Shown here: in pieces, positions 25,888 to 37,400 of the stretch | Layout: every line of letters starts with the position of its first letter | Position numbering within the stretch: the first letter of the stretch is position 1 | DNA from: Nemertoderma westbladi | Lineage: Eukaryota; Animalia; Xenacoelomorpha | NCBI GenBank assembly: GCA_032718475.1 | Contig: JAUCBJ010007137.1 | Location: 1-64,000 of the forward strand | Reading direction: 5' to 3' | DNA: 64,000 nucleotides | The notes under the pieces: model-generated | Database searches by the model: none | Told to the model about the DNA's origin: nothing | What the model saw: the letters and a program-made list of their open reading frames with translations, nothing else | Position numbers and translations under genes: made by a program

Positions 25888-28800
25888 TTAACGTTTTGGC
25901 ATTTCTAGGCAACAGATCGCGAGTACGTCCAACGGCAGGTTGTGATGTACTCGGTAAAGCTTGCTTGTTATTTTTTTGATTTGCGATAATTGTGACTTTA
26001 CTGTTACTGACTTTGTCTGTATTTGGTTTATTGTAAGTCTTGTTGTATTGCGACAGTTGATATTTCCTCTTTGTCGTTTTCGTTCACTTAATGTAATTAC
26101 TTGTTTGATTGATCTGATAAGTTTAGTGCTTTCTTTCTTTCGTTTCGCGACTGATATTTGTACTGCTCTACATTTTCCATCCTTGCTTATTATTAATTTT
26201 TCTACTTTACATAATTTCCAAAAGCAACGAGGACGAAGTCTGTCCTCCAGTAAACAAATGTCACCTACATTAGGGACCACTGGTGATTTGGGATCAAGAT
26301 TACATTTTGTGACTTTCTCTTAAACTAACTACGTATTCTTCCTTCCATATTTGCCAAAAATGGTTAGCGGCTCTTTCTTGTCGTTTTAATGATTCAACCA
26401 ATTGATTCTTTGTTGGTTTATTAATCTTAACTTTGCCTGTAACGTAAGGTAGAGAACATAATCGCCGACCTACAAGAAAATGTGCGGGTGTTAATGTTTG
26501 GTATGATTCCTTGGCGTCATCTGAAATAAATGTAAGTGGACGGCTATTAATTGTTGCTTCTGCTGATACAAGAAATGTCATTAGTTCTTCAAATGTTAGT
26601 ATTGCTCGTCCTATTACCTTCTTCAAGATAAGTTTTGACGGACCGACTAACCTTTCTATGAAGCCATATGCTGATGGATTCAATGGGACATTGAATTTCC
26701 AGTCCATATGCAGTTTTCCAAATTCCTGTACTACCTCGTCACTTTCTAAAAATGATTTATGTGCTTTGATTTCCTGCTCCGTCCGTTTAAAAGTTGACGC
26801 GTTATCTGAAAATATATATTTAGGAATACCTCTTCTTCCAATGAATCGATGGAAAGCTGCAATAAAGGCTTGACATGTTAGATTGCTTACCAACTCCAAA
26901 TGTACTGCTCGAATGTTAGCGCAAGTAAACAATGCAATGTAAACCTTGAAAAAAGGAGATTGATTATTATTTGGAATGGTCGTTTGAGGGTTGACTATCG
27001 TTAAGGGACCACAAAAATCGATACCAACGGCTTCAAATGGTCCTAAATCTGATGAAACACGCTCTGTAGGTAATGGACTTGTTGCGGGGACCGTATAAGG
27101 TTTACCTTGTACGTGTTTACATGTAATACATCCATGTATGACTTTGCGAACTTCTTGTCTACCGCGAGTTATCCAGAATTTTTCCCGAACTTGAACTAAA
27201 GTATCCCTCACGCGAGAGTGAGTGACTATTTCATGAGCTTCAAGAATAACCAATCGCGTAAAGTAATGTGATTGTGGAAGAAGTATTGGGTTACAAGTAT
27301 GCCATGAAATGAATGGACTTTGCACACGACCTTTGCTCCGAATTATACCGGTTTGATCTAAAATCAGGTTCAACTCAACTGCTTTAACATTGTCGGACGT
27401 TTGAGATTCGAATTATCTTTCTGCAAATAGTTTAACTCACTTGGAAATGTTTCCAGCTGTATCGCTTTAATAATTACTCCTTCTGCTACAACTAATTCTT
27501 CTCTAGTTAGCGCTCCACTTAATTTATTTCCTGAAATTCCTTTACACTTCGCTTTTAAATTATTAACAAACCTGTAGATCAAAGCTACTTTCCTGACAAG
27601 CGCCACCATGTGGCTTGAATCTGAACAATTAACTAATTGTAAGATTGACGGTTTCGTGTCTGTTTGTAAGATTGAGACAGTTTGCTTGGCCTTGGTTGAT
27701 TTAATTTCCTTAATTCCATTTGGAGATAAATGTTCTGACAATATATTTTGCACAGGCCAATGTTGAGAATCTTGTTGGAGGTATTCTGGACCGTTAAACC
27801 ACAAACTAGAATCTACAAGTTTATCTGGTAATAAACCTCGTGTTGGTATGTCAGCTGGATTTAATGACGTGGGACAGTAACGCCATTCTATGGACAAACG
27901 AGATGAAATTGTACGAATTACTTCTACTCTGTTATGCACAAACTCGTTGTACTTATTTGAATTCCCTATTAACCAATACAATACGACATATGCATCCATC
28001 CACATGAATAGTTTGTCTATTGGAGTGGTTAGCGCTGAAACTGAAGAGTCTATAAGATTTGCTAACAGTACCGCTCCTAAAAGTTCCTTTCTAGGGATTG
28101 AAGTGTCATCACCCTCGGTTTGTATGACCTTTGGTTTCTTTGATTTATTATGCGACAATGGACATACCTTTGACTTAGCAATTAAAAATTCTACTAAACA
28201 CGATTTGTCTGTGTATGTTGTTTTGATGTAAATTACACCAACGCACAACTTTTTGCTGGCGTCTGAGAACCCGTGCAATTCCACAGTAAGCACATCTTTG
28301 GTTTTTGCAAACAAATTTCTCGGGATTTCGACACGGTTTAAATATAATAATTTATCCGACCAATTGTTCCACTTTGTTAATAATTCTCCTGAAAGCGGTT
28401 CATCCCATTTTTTTGTTGTTCGACACAAATTTTGAAATTCCGCTTTTATGAGACCAGTGAATGGGATTAAAATGTCGAAAGGGTCATATAAACGAGCAGA
28501 AAGCTGTAAAATAGCTTTCTTGTTTTTTGTTAATAATTTTACGTAATCGTAAACTGGTGTTACATCAAAACAAAATGTGTCGTTCTTTGTGGACCAGCCT
28601 TGGCCTAAAACACGTTTTATGTCTGATGTTTGAGACAAAGGTATGTTCAAAGAAGATTGGGCATATGTTTGTTTGTCTTCTACTATTTCTGTTAAAATTT
28701 TATTGTTATTATTTAACTTACCACATGACTCTTTATCAAACTCTCTTTGTAATTCTGGAGAATTTGTCACCCACCTACGAATATTAAATCCTCCGGCTTG

Positions 28801-31768
28801 AAGAATGTTGCACGCGTCTGTCTTGAATTTTATACCTTCCTGAATAGTTTTAACACCTGTGGCCAAGTCGTCTACGTATAGATCTTTCAACTTATCGATT
28901 GCTGAATGTTGAGATTTGTCTAAGATTGAACGTTGTGTCTCAAGATGTGTATCAAGCGTCTCCGCCAGAATATTGGATGAGCATATCAAACCGAAAAGTG
29001 CTCGAGTATACCTGTAAACACAAATATCCAATGAATCAAAATTAATGTTTTCTATATCCGGTACCCATAGAAACCTCAGACAATCTCGATCTAATGTATT
29101 AATTTGGCATCGCAAAAATGCTTGCTCTATGTCGGCCGTAATTACAATAGCATGTTCTCTTAATCGTATGATAACTTTGAGTAACAGGGGAACATTGTTT
29201 GGTCCTTTATGAAGGCATTCATTTAATGAAGTGTCCCCAGGATAACATTTTGCTGAGCCGTTGAAAACAACACGTAACTTTGTTGATTCTCGTTCTTCAC
29301 GTAGCACGCCGTGATGTGGTATGTAATGTACTTGGGTCTGAGTTGGTTCGTCAAGTGAAACTGCTTCAATGTATCCTTTTGATAAATGTTCTTGAAATAC
29401 GCTGTTGTATCTCTCTAATAGGCCAGTCTTATGTAAACGACGAATTAGAGAATGTAATTGTTTATTACATAGGGAATAATGGTCAATTAATTTGTCGTGA
29501 TGTAATGTCCAAGGCAAATCAACCGTATATAAACCGTTAGTGTCAAACCGTATATTTAATAGTTCTTTGAATGATATCTCGTTTTCTGGTGGAAATATCC
29601 CAAAACTGTCTAATGCCCAAAATTTTTTAAGGATTTCGAAAAAATTTTCATTGACCGAGATTCCAGTACTTTGCCTTTGTAACTCAGACTTAACCAACAT
29701 ACATGTATTTGTACTGTTATTTTGAATTTTGTTTTCTCTAACATTTGTATCACTTTCCATTTTACCGGAAAGTAGCCAACCCACCCCTGAGTCCAGAGCT
29801 ACCAATCCCGTTCCGGAAATACGAAACATTTTCCCAGTTACTATATCCCAGTAGTAATCTGAGCCAATTAAAATTTCAACTTCAAACGGTTGATCACTAT
29901 GGTTTTTATTAAGTATGTCGTCTACTATGTTTGAATTAATACTGTCCGTAATGTCTTTAGAACAAATGTTATTTTGAATTGGGGAACAAATGTTATCTAC
30001 AACCAATGCTGATACGACAACCGTTTTCTTGTCACGTAGAACTAATGTAATCTGAGCAATTTCTAACAATGAAACATTTGAATTGACATCCTCACCTGGA
30101 ATTCCTTGGAAATTATTGACTTCAATAAGTTCGGTTCCTATAATGGGTAAGTTGTAATTTTGAATTATGGATTTCACAATGAATGACCGCTGACTTCCTT
30201 GATCAAAAAATCCTTTAACCTGAAATGAATTTGAATCATTAACCGACTGATACTGACAATTCATTATTGCCGTTTGAAGAATACCATTTGAAGTTATTAC
30301 CGATAAACCTGAAACTTGAACAGACAATGTTGAACTATTATTAACAGATATTACGTTAACCGATGTTTTGTTGATATCTTTTAATGGTTTTTGGATTTGT
30401 GGACGAGACATTGTCAGTTTGTTACATATTGCAGCGTGGTGTCCATATTTCTTGCAATTATAACAAGGTTTGTCACGTGGACAGTCCCTTGCTATATGGC
30501 CACCATTGATACACCTGTAACACAGTCGTTTATTTGATAGAATGTGTTTACGCTGCTCAATATCTGTAATGACTTGACAGTTTGATGAATAGTGCGTTTG
30601 ATCACAAAATACGCACTTTATTACCGGTACTTGTGATTTATTTTGATGTTGAAAATTTCCCTGTTGTTGTTTGGGCTTTACAATGTTTGTTGCATTGGCA
30701 GTAATTGGAAAAGCCGCTACTGTAGATGTCATTGATCTATCATTTTGTCTCTGTGTTGTTATTTTGTTTATGGAATTTGTTCCGTTTGTTTCATTTTTAT
30801 ATGTGTTCATCACTTCCTCACTTGCTAATCGTGTACCTATTTGGTTCATTAGCCACAATAAATCATCAATGTTGTTATTTTTCTTTTCTAGTATTTTAGT
30901 GCCATATGCAAAATTAAAGTTTTCATGATGTCTGGTATCACAGTTATTTGATATTGTTGTGGATTAGTGCCAAGTGCTTACAATGCTCGTATGTGTGTCA
31001 TACATGTATTGTGTACTTGTCTCAATGTTAATTGTTTATTCGCAATATTTCGTAGCTTTTCTATGTGTGCCTGTATGATTCGGTGTTTCGAACCATACCT
31101 TTGTTCTAAAAGATCCATGGCTACTGGATAATTTTCGCTAGTGATTGATAGACCACAACTACTGCTTTAGCTTCACCTTGCACTGCTTGCATTAAATGTT
31201 GTAACTTAAGTACATCTGGAAGACCAGAATCGTGTAAAAGCACTACGGAATGAATCTCGCCAACCACAAAAATCTAAAACGTCACCGCTGAAAATAGGTC
31301 TATCCAATTTTGGAAGCACTGATCTGGCATATTGACTACTTATAGCATATGTACTACTACTAACTGCACTTGAACCTGGATTTATTGCACCAATACTAAC
31401 ATTCGTACTTGTAGGTAGATTTGAGGCTGCTGAAAGAGACATTTCTAACATAGTTATAGTTTTAGTGAGTCTAACCTTATATTAATTAGGTTGCTTCGTT
31501 GATATCTTTGTTGATTTGAGATTGGTCGAGTAGACCCCAGATTTCGTCGTCGAATTTGTCGAGACTCTCCGTGTAAGAGTTTAGGATTTTGAGCTTCGAT
31601 CGTTTCTTTTCGAATGTCAACTGGTTAAGATCTTCTGCGTCCAACTCGTTGAGGATTTTCGTTGCTGCGGACCGCTTTGCTCCTCTGCTTCTTATGAGTT
31701 GTTTGAACTCGATTTCGTCGTGGCTGGCTTGGATCGTGAGATTGTTGGGTAGGATCTTTTTTACTCAT
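25888..31768 (-). pseudogene. gag-pol of element D, broken by frameshifts/stops (largest pieces 27370-30858 and 26300-27373)
   Basis: Three Gag knuckles (CVFC..H..C, CYRC..GH..C, CYNC..HH..C), protease FDQGSQRS, RT LYVDD, RNase H FSDAS, integrase HHCC plus DFCGP/SDNA/ERL. Confidence 0.92.
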
Positions 31769-31860
31769 TGTGAATGTAATGAACTTGCCGAATAATGACG
31801 ATGAACAGTTTACACAATAATGTAATGTATTTATTTAATGAACTAAATGAGTTTTTAATA

Positions 31861-31870
31861 TCGGGCGCCA
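31861..31870 (-). promoter_or_regulatory. Primer-binding site TGGCGCCCGA (tRNA-Lys(UUU)-type)
   Basis: 2 nt after the 5' LTR; matches the first 10 nt of the known Lys3 PBS TGGCGCCCGAACAGGGAC. Confidence 0.8.
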
Positions 31871-31872
31871 AT

Positions 31873-32217
31873 TGTTGTGGATCTTCCCCAAGTGGAAGTC
31901 CATTTATGGAATGGAAAATAATAGTATACTAAATACGGAAAGATACTATACTATATATTGAAACTCAATTTGGCACTAGTTGGAATAAATTCTTTAACAA
32001 CTATATATTACGTACTGCACAAACTGTGAGGTTAACATATGGTTGGTCTAATTAATTTGCACATTACAGTTAATTAATGGCTTCTATGGATAGACCTTTA
32101 CGCGGATTTATTTCTGGGGCAAACATTATATACTTAGTGTGTTGGCTAATCAATTTAAACAATGTATTGCAATTTACTACGTATTGGTTTCATTATTACA
32201 GATCACATTACATAACA
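31873..32217 (-). repeat. 5' LTR of element D (345 bp)
   Basis: TG...CA ends; direct repeat of 24945-25282. Confidence 0.95.
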
Positions 32218-33361
32218 TTACTGTCAAGCAATAAAATAACAACAATAAATAATAACATATTAATCTTACCAAACCAATAAACTATGTTATTGCCAATTGA
32301 AGGAAAGGATCAGGTTAAAGAGATGGTTTTTCTAACCAAAACAATAAACGATGTTGTTACTAAAAAGGGAAGGAGTAGGAGTAAAAAAATTATGAACATG
32401 AGGGGGAGACAGGAATGGGGGGGGGGGGGGGGGGGGGGGGGGGGTGGAGGGTAACATGAATGGTGGTGGTAGGAGGTAAATTGAAAATATGAGGGTATAA
32501 CAGCCGGGGGGGGGGGGGGGGGGGGGGGGGTAGCAGCAAAACAGGCAGCTGAACAACGTAACCGAACGTCGCTTTCAATTAATTTCCATCTAATTAGGAA
32601 GATGGAATGTATACAAAACGGCGGTACTTTGATCGAAGCTCACGTTCCCATGGTAGTATTAATTCCAGTTAATCACTTAATATCTGATCGTCTGATGGCA
32701 AGCATCACCATCGCTCATATTAATATCCATTGGCAACCATGGACCCCTATTAATGTTTTGTGTCCCTCATTAATGTTTGCGTCCCTCAATAATGTTTGTG
32801 TCTCTCATTAATATTTGTGTCCTGGCCGCAATACAAACCAGTATATAAATTATAAATTACGGGGTTTCGCCAGGCTATTGTTTCTGATTTAAGGGGTTTT
32901 ACAGGTTGTTATTTCTAATTTAAGGGGTTTTGCCAGGTGGACTGAATTTCATACTTGAATTTACGGTGTTTTGCAAGCCAATTATTGACTTGTGGGGTTC
33001 TGCCTCGAAGTGGGCATAAGTTACGGGGAACTGTATTTGGCTTATAACTCAAAAATGGCTGGTAGAAAAGCTTCGGGGTTCTGCCAGACGAAAAAGCCGA
33101 TATCGAATTACCCAAAAAGTCAAAAACATGAAAATCGAAAAAAATCGACTTAGGGGGTTCTGCCTTGAAGGTGACGATTACTACTACTATATTATCAGAC
33201 TATTATTACTACTATTACTATTATTTACTAGCTTAATTATGTAATATTTTAGCTTAATCTATTAGTTTAATTACGATTTACTGTGCGCGTACGTAATCTT
33301 AATTACATTCTACCGTAAAACATTACCAATATTATAATTAATATTTACCCCGACTGGGGTT

Positions 33362-35054
33362 GTGGGGCGAGCCACGAAGTGAGTGAGCCTTAGCGTAGTG
33401 GTACCATTAATCAACCTGTGGGGCGAGCCACGAAGTGAGTGAGCCTTAGCGTAGTGGTACCATTAATCAACCTGTCGTTCTGTCGTTCTGTCGTTCTGTC
33501 GTTCTGTCGCGTTCAATTTTAAACGTTAATAACTCGGCCAATCTTTGATGAAATCTATCCAAACTTGGTACACATGTTGTTTGGCAAAAGTTTAGAAATT
33601 TTCCAAGTAGAATTTCCGTGTGGCCTTCGAGAAGCTAAGATAATAGCAGTTAATTAGTTAATTAAGTTGATTACGGTGAAAACACCATTTTCAACCTGCC
33701 TTTTAAAGGAAATTAATTGTTTTACAGTATAAGATTTAAATAATTATACTTAAAAATTATACAGATATAATCCCCATACGCCATTCTATTATAGTTTTTA
33801 ATTAGTTCAAGTGATTTGCTTTAATAAATGTGTCTTTAATTGATCTAAACGTAATTAAACCGCACAATTATTGAGTACGAATTTAATCCTCCCCATTATT
33901 GGTCAAGTCTCTGCTGGTGTGGAGCTAGCTGCTGGGAGTTGTGGCTGTAGACTAACCAGAGAGGAATTGTAATAGGCAACCAGTATTGCTCTTCAGCCCA
34001 GACAGCATTCTTTAAATCCAACATCCCAACATCCTTCCTGTATTCCAATTCCTATTGACTCTACTATAAGTGTTGTATTATTATCACTATCACTGAATTG
34101 TGTTTAATATAGGCTGGACGGGCCGCATAACCGTTCGACTACTACTACTATTGCTATCTCAGGTAAATGACAGATATAATAACATAATACAATCCATGGC
34201 ATGGCTCTTGTAGGCTTCTGAAATAGTTTATTCCACAATGTATATGTCTGGTTATTTTTTAATTGAATTTTTGCAAAGTAGTAAAATTAATGTTCTTAAA
34301 AATAATATTATTATTTTATATGTAACCTAGGAAATTAGCTACATTTTTTCGCTGCAGCTTTAAGAGTGTACATTGATTTAATATTATTTCAATACCCATA
34401 TTACTACATCGGCATAAGATGCGTTGGCGTTGTATCACACATCTCCACATATCACACATCTCCACATAGATGTATCAACAGTTACTCGCACAGTTTCGAA
34501 ACTTCGCATAGTTATAACTGTATAAAGATCGTCAGTCTGCGTTTAGGAAAAATATTTTATGACAAAACAGGACAAGCGACGAGCGCAACGAGGCATATAA
34601 TGAAGACGAGTACTGCGTTGACTAAATTATTAAATAAACCACCTGGCTTCACATATTGATCGCATCCCTAGTTATTATTATTATAAAGATCGTCCTAGCC
34701 TGCGTTTAAGAAATATATTTAAATACAAAACAGGACGAACGCAAAGAGGCTTATAATGAAAACGAGTACTGCGTTTATTATATTCCTATAAACCACCTGG
34801 CTTTGCATATTTAACGTGCGATTGGAAATAAGTTCGTGCTACCCTTCCGTGGGTGGTAGATGTCGCGGTTATGTATTGGTGGTTGGGAAGGGTGGGGGGG
34901 GGGGGGGAGATTAAAAGGGGTGAACACGTACTGTCCCCCTTTCTTTGATTGATTGGTGGTGTGGGTAAATTTCTCAAAACCTGATTTTGTGATACAGTCG
35001 CTCAATTTTAATTTGTATCTAATAACTAGGCCTCGTGCTGCGCGAAGGCCCCAC
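33362..35054. mobile_element. Non-autonomous element with the same terminal motifs as 22485-22965
   Basis: Left GTGGGGCGAGCCACGAAG (57-bp unit duplicated), then (CTGTCGTT)n; right TCGTGCTGCGCGAAGGCCCCAC. Confidence 0.6.
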
Positions 35055-35059
35055 GAACG

Positions 35060-35769
35060 TGTCGTTCTGTCGTTCTGTCGCGCTCAATTTTAAACGTTAA
35101 TAACTCGGCCAATCTTTGATGAAATCTATCCAAACTTGGTACACATGTTGTTTGGCAAAAGTTTAGAAATTTTCCAAGTAGAATTTCCGTGTGGCCTTCG
35201 AGAAGCTAAGATAATAGCAGTTAATTAGTTAATTAAGTTGATTACGGTGAAAACACCATTTTCAACCTGCCTTTTAAAGGAAATTAATTGTTTTACAGTA
35301 TAAGATTTAAATAATTATACTTAAAAATTATACAGATATAATCCCCCTACGCCATTCTATTATAGTTTTTAATTAGTTCATGTGATTTGCTTTAATAAAT
35401 GTGTCTTTAATTGATCTAAACGTAATTAAACCGCACAATTATTGAGTACAAATTTAATCCTTCCCATTATTGGTCAAGTCTCTGCTGGTGTGGAGCTAGC
35501 TGCTGGGAGTTGTGGCTGTAGACTAACCAGAGAGGAATTGTAATAGGCAACCAGTATTGCTATTCCAGCCCAGACAGCATTCTTTAAATCCAACATCCCA
35601 ACATCCTTCCTGTATTCCAATTCCTATTGACTCTACTATAAGTGTTGTATTATTATCACTATCACTGAATTGTGCTTATTATAGGCTGGACGGGCCGCAT
35701 AACCGTTCGACTACTACTACTATTGCTATCTCAGGTAAATGACAGATATAATAACATAAATACAATCCA
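35060..35769. repeat. ~710-bp direct duplicate of 33480-34196, cut off by the LTR of element C
   Basis: Near-identical sequence; similarity stops after TACAATCCA (35769). Confidence 0.9.
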
Positions 35770-36865
35770 GGGTATCTAAACAAACAGATACAATACACAA
35801 ACGACTACTGGCGAGAAGCAGAGCCTAGTGTCTATTCTATGTACGTGAGCGGGTCTAATGCCTACGAACTAGACAAAAGGAAACCTGTCCTCTAACCGGT
35901 ATGGCAGATGTACAGTTACAGTAACAGACCAAACTCACGGGAAAACAATCCCCGCGCAGCGAATCCTAACTATCGCTGACAGTCCTAAATACCGTAACTT
36001 GCCACGGTGTGATTTATATGGTTTATATACGAGCTAGTGGGTTAACAGACCTAGCGTAACAATACTGATCCCCCTGTACAAAATCAGTCTAAAGAGGGTC
36101 GTGCCTAATGTAACGATACCGTTGCTCAGACAAACAACAGTTTAATAACGAAATAAATACTCCCTTTTGCCGTAACTAAATATCAGATCCTAAACTTACA
36201 AATACGAATAGTAAATTACAGATAAATTCTGCCTAAAGGTAATCTAAAGTGCGCTATCTAGTAGAACTCTAAAGGTAAATATGTTTTTGGGCGTGTGTGT
36301 GGGTGTGTTACAATAAAACAATTTTGGTGTATATCATTTTACTAGGTTTTAGTAATTCTCTGACCGAAACAATACCGTGCGCTAGCTACTAAAATAAGCT
36401 AGTCGCGTTTTGTAGAACTTTATACTTACAAATGACGTCAAAGCTCTCTCCTTCCTATCCACAACTCAACCTGGCAATTACGGTGTTAGTAACTACACCC
36501 GTGATCGGCACAAATACCAGATTCTGGTTGTAAGATAAGAAATAGGGGTTAATCGCTACCGTACGTTAGCTGATCTGGTATACAAATTTGATTCTAGAAC
36601 TTTGTTGCTGCGGTAGTTAGCAGCAAATACCTATCAGTACGTGGCAAGGCGCGGTAGGATATTAATAAAACCTCCCTAGGCCAAGCGGTGTGCCGGTAGC
36701 AGAAATACTCCTTGCCTGATCAAATAATTAAGTTCAGACAGAGGGGGGGGGGGGGGGGGGGGGGGGTACTAATGTATGTTCTACAAAGCGAACCGGTACC
36801 AAACGGTCAGTACTACGAATAACTAAATTATGGAACATATCATATGCTGTCCGTACCTAATATGT
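35770..36865 (-). repeat. Distal (U5) half of the 3' LTR of element C, separated from the proximal half by element B
   Basis: Shares CCCGCGCAGCGAATCCTA and CGGTGTGATTTATATGGTT with U5 of A (5183-5268); inverted repeat 36718-36740 pairs with 55386-55408 across B; TSD TATGT. Outer boundary uncertain. Confidence 0.75.
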
Positions 36866-36993
36866 TATAGAATTATATTCCCTAAATGCCGTGGATTTTC
36901 AAAATTTTATTTTATTCGAATTAACTTTGTAAAAGATTGCTTTGAAGTTCTCATTTGTATTTGTTATATCTATTGTACACCTATCGGTCAAGT

Positions 36994-37080
36994 GGTTCAG
37001 TAGCTCAGTCGGTAGAGCGTTGGAAATTATATGTGTAGTAGGTATTGAGTTCGAATCCTAGTAAGTGCGAATTATTTTTT
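36994..37080 (+). ncRNA. tRNA-like Pol III cassette in LTR U3
   Basis: A box TAGCTCAGTCGG (37001-12), B box GAGTTCGAATCC (37047-58), T6 (37075-80). Confidence 0.75.
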
Positions 37081-37276
37081 GTGCAGAATTTCAACTCATT
37101 TAAATTAACCGCTACAAATTAATTGCATTTGTCTGTACCAATGAGACTGTAGTTATTTGATTGTAACCAATGTCGTGCAAGTTATATATTAGCTGGACCA
37201 ATAGCTATCTTTAAAACCCTGTTAGAACCTATAGAACAATCGAGAATTTTCTCGATTGATTGCAGCACAAATTTGC

Positions 37277-37400
37277 TATATAAAGGTGCGATTTGTTCAT
37301 TAGTTATCTCAATCTATATACATTCATTATCTCAGTGCATTCTATCTATATCTTTCTGATCTCATTAGTTATTATCTTATCTGTTTGATTTTGTAATAAA
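37277..37400 (+). promoter_or_regulatory. LTR Pol II TATA box, Inr-like TCATT and poly(A) signal (putative R region)
   Basis: TATATAAAGG conserved in A, B and C LTRs; AATAAA ~115 nt downstream in A and B. Confidence 0.65.

Larger units (their letters stand above)
24945..32217 (-). mobile_element. Full-length decayed BEL/Pao LTR retrotransposon, element D
   Basis: TG...CA LTRs at 24945-25282 and 31873-32217, 5-bp TSD TTACT (24940-4, 32218-22), PBS, PPT and gag-PR-RT-RH-IN order. Confidence 0.96.

Noticed and set aside
32332-32578. Poly-proline ORFs
   Set aside because: Derived from long G homopolymers whose lengths are also error-prone in assemblies.
18880-33156. Giant TIR element bounded by CCCTAAGTCGATTTTT and its inverse
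   Set aside because: Only ~16-17 bp match and no TSD or true termini found; may be two fragments of related repeats.
36994-37069. Functional tRNA gene
   Set aside because: Only the D-arm and promoter boxes are intact; acceptor, anticodon and T stems do not pair, so no anticodon can be assigned.
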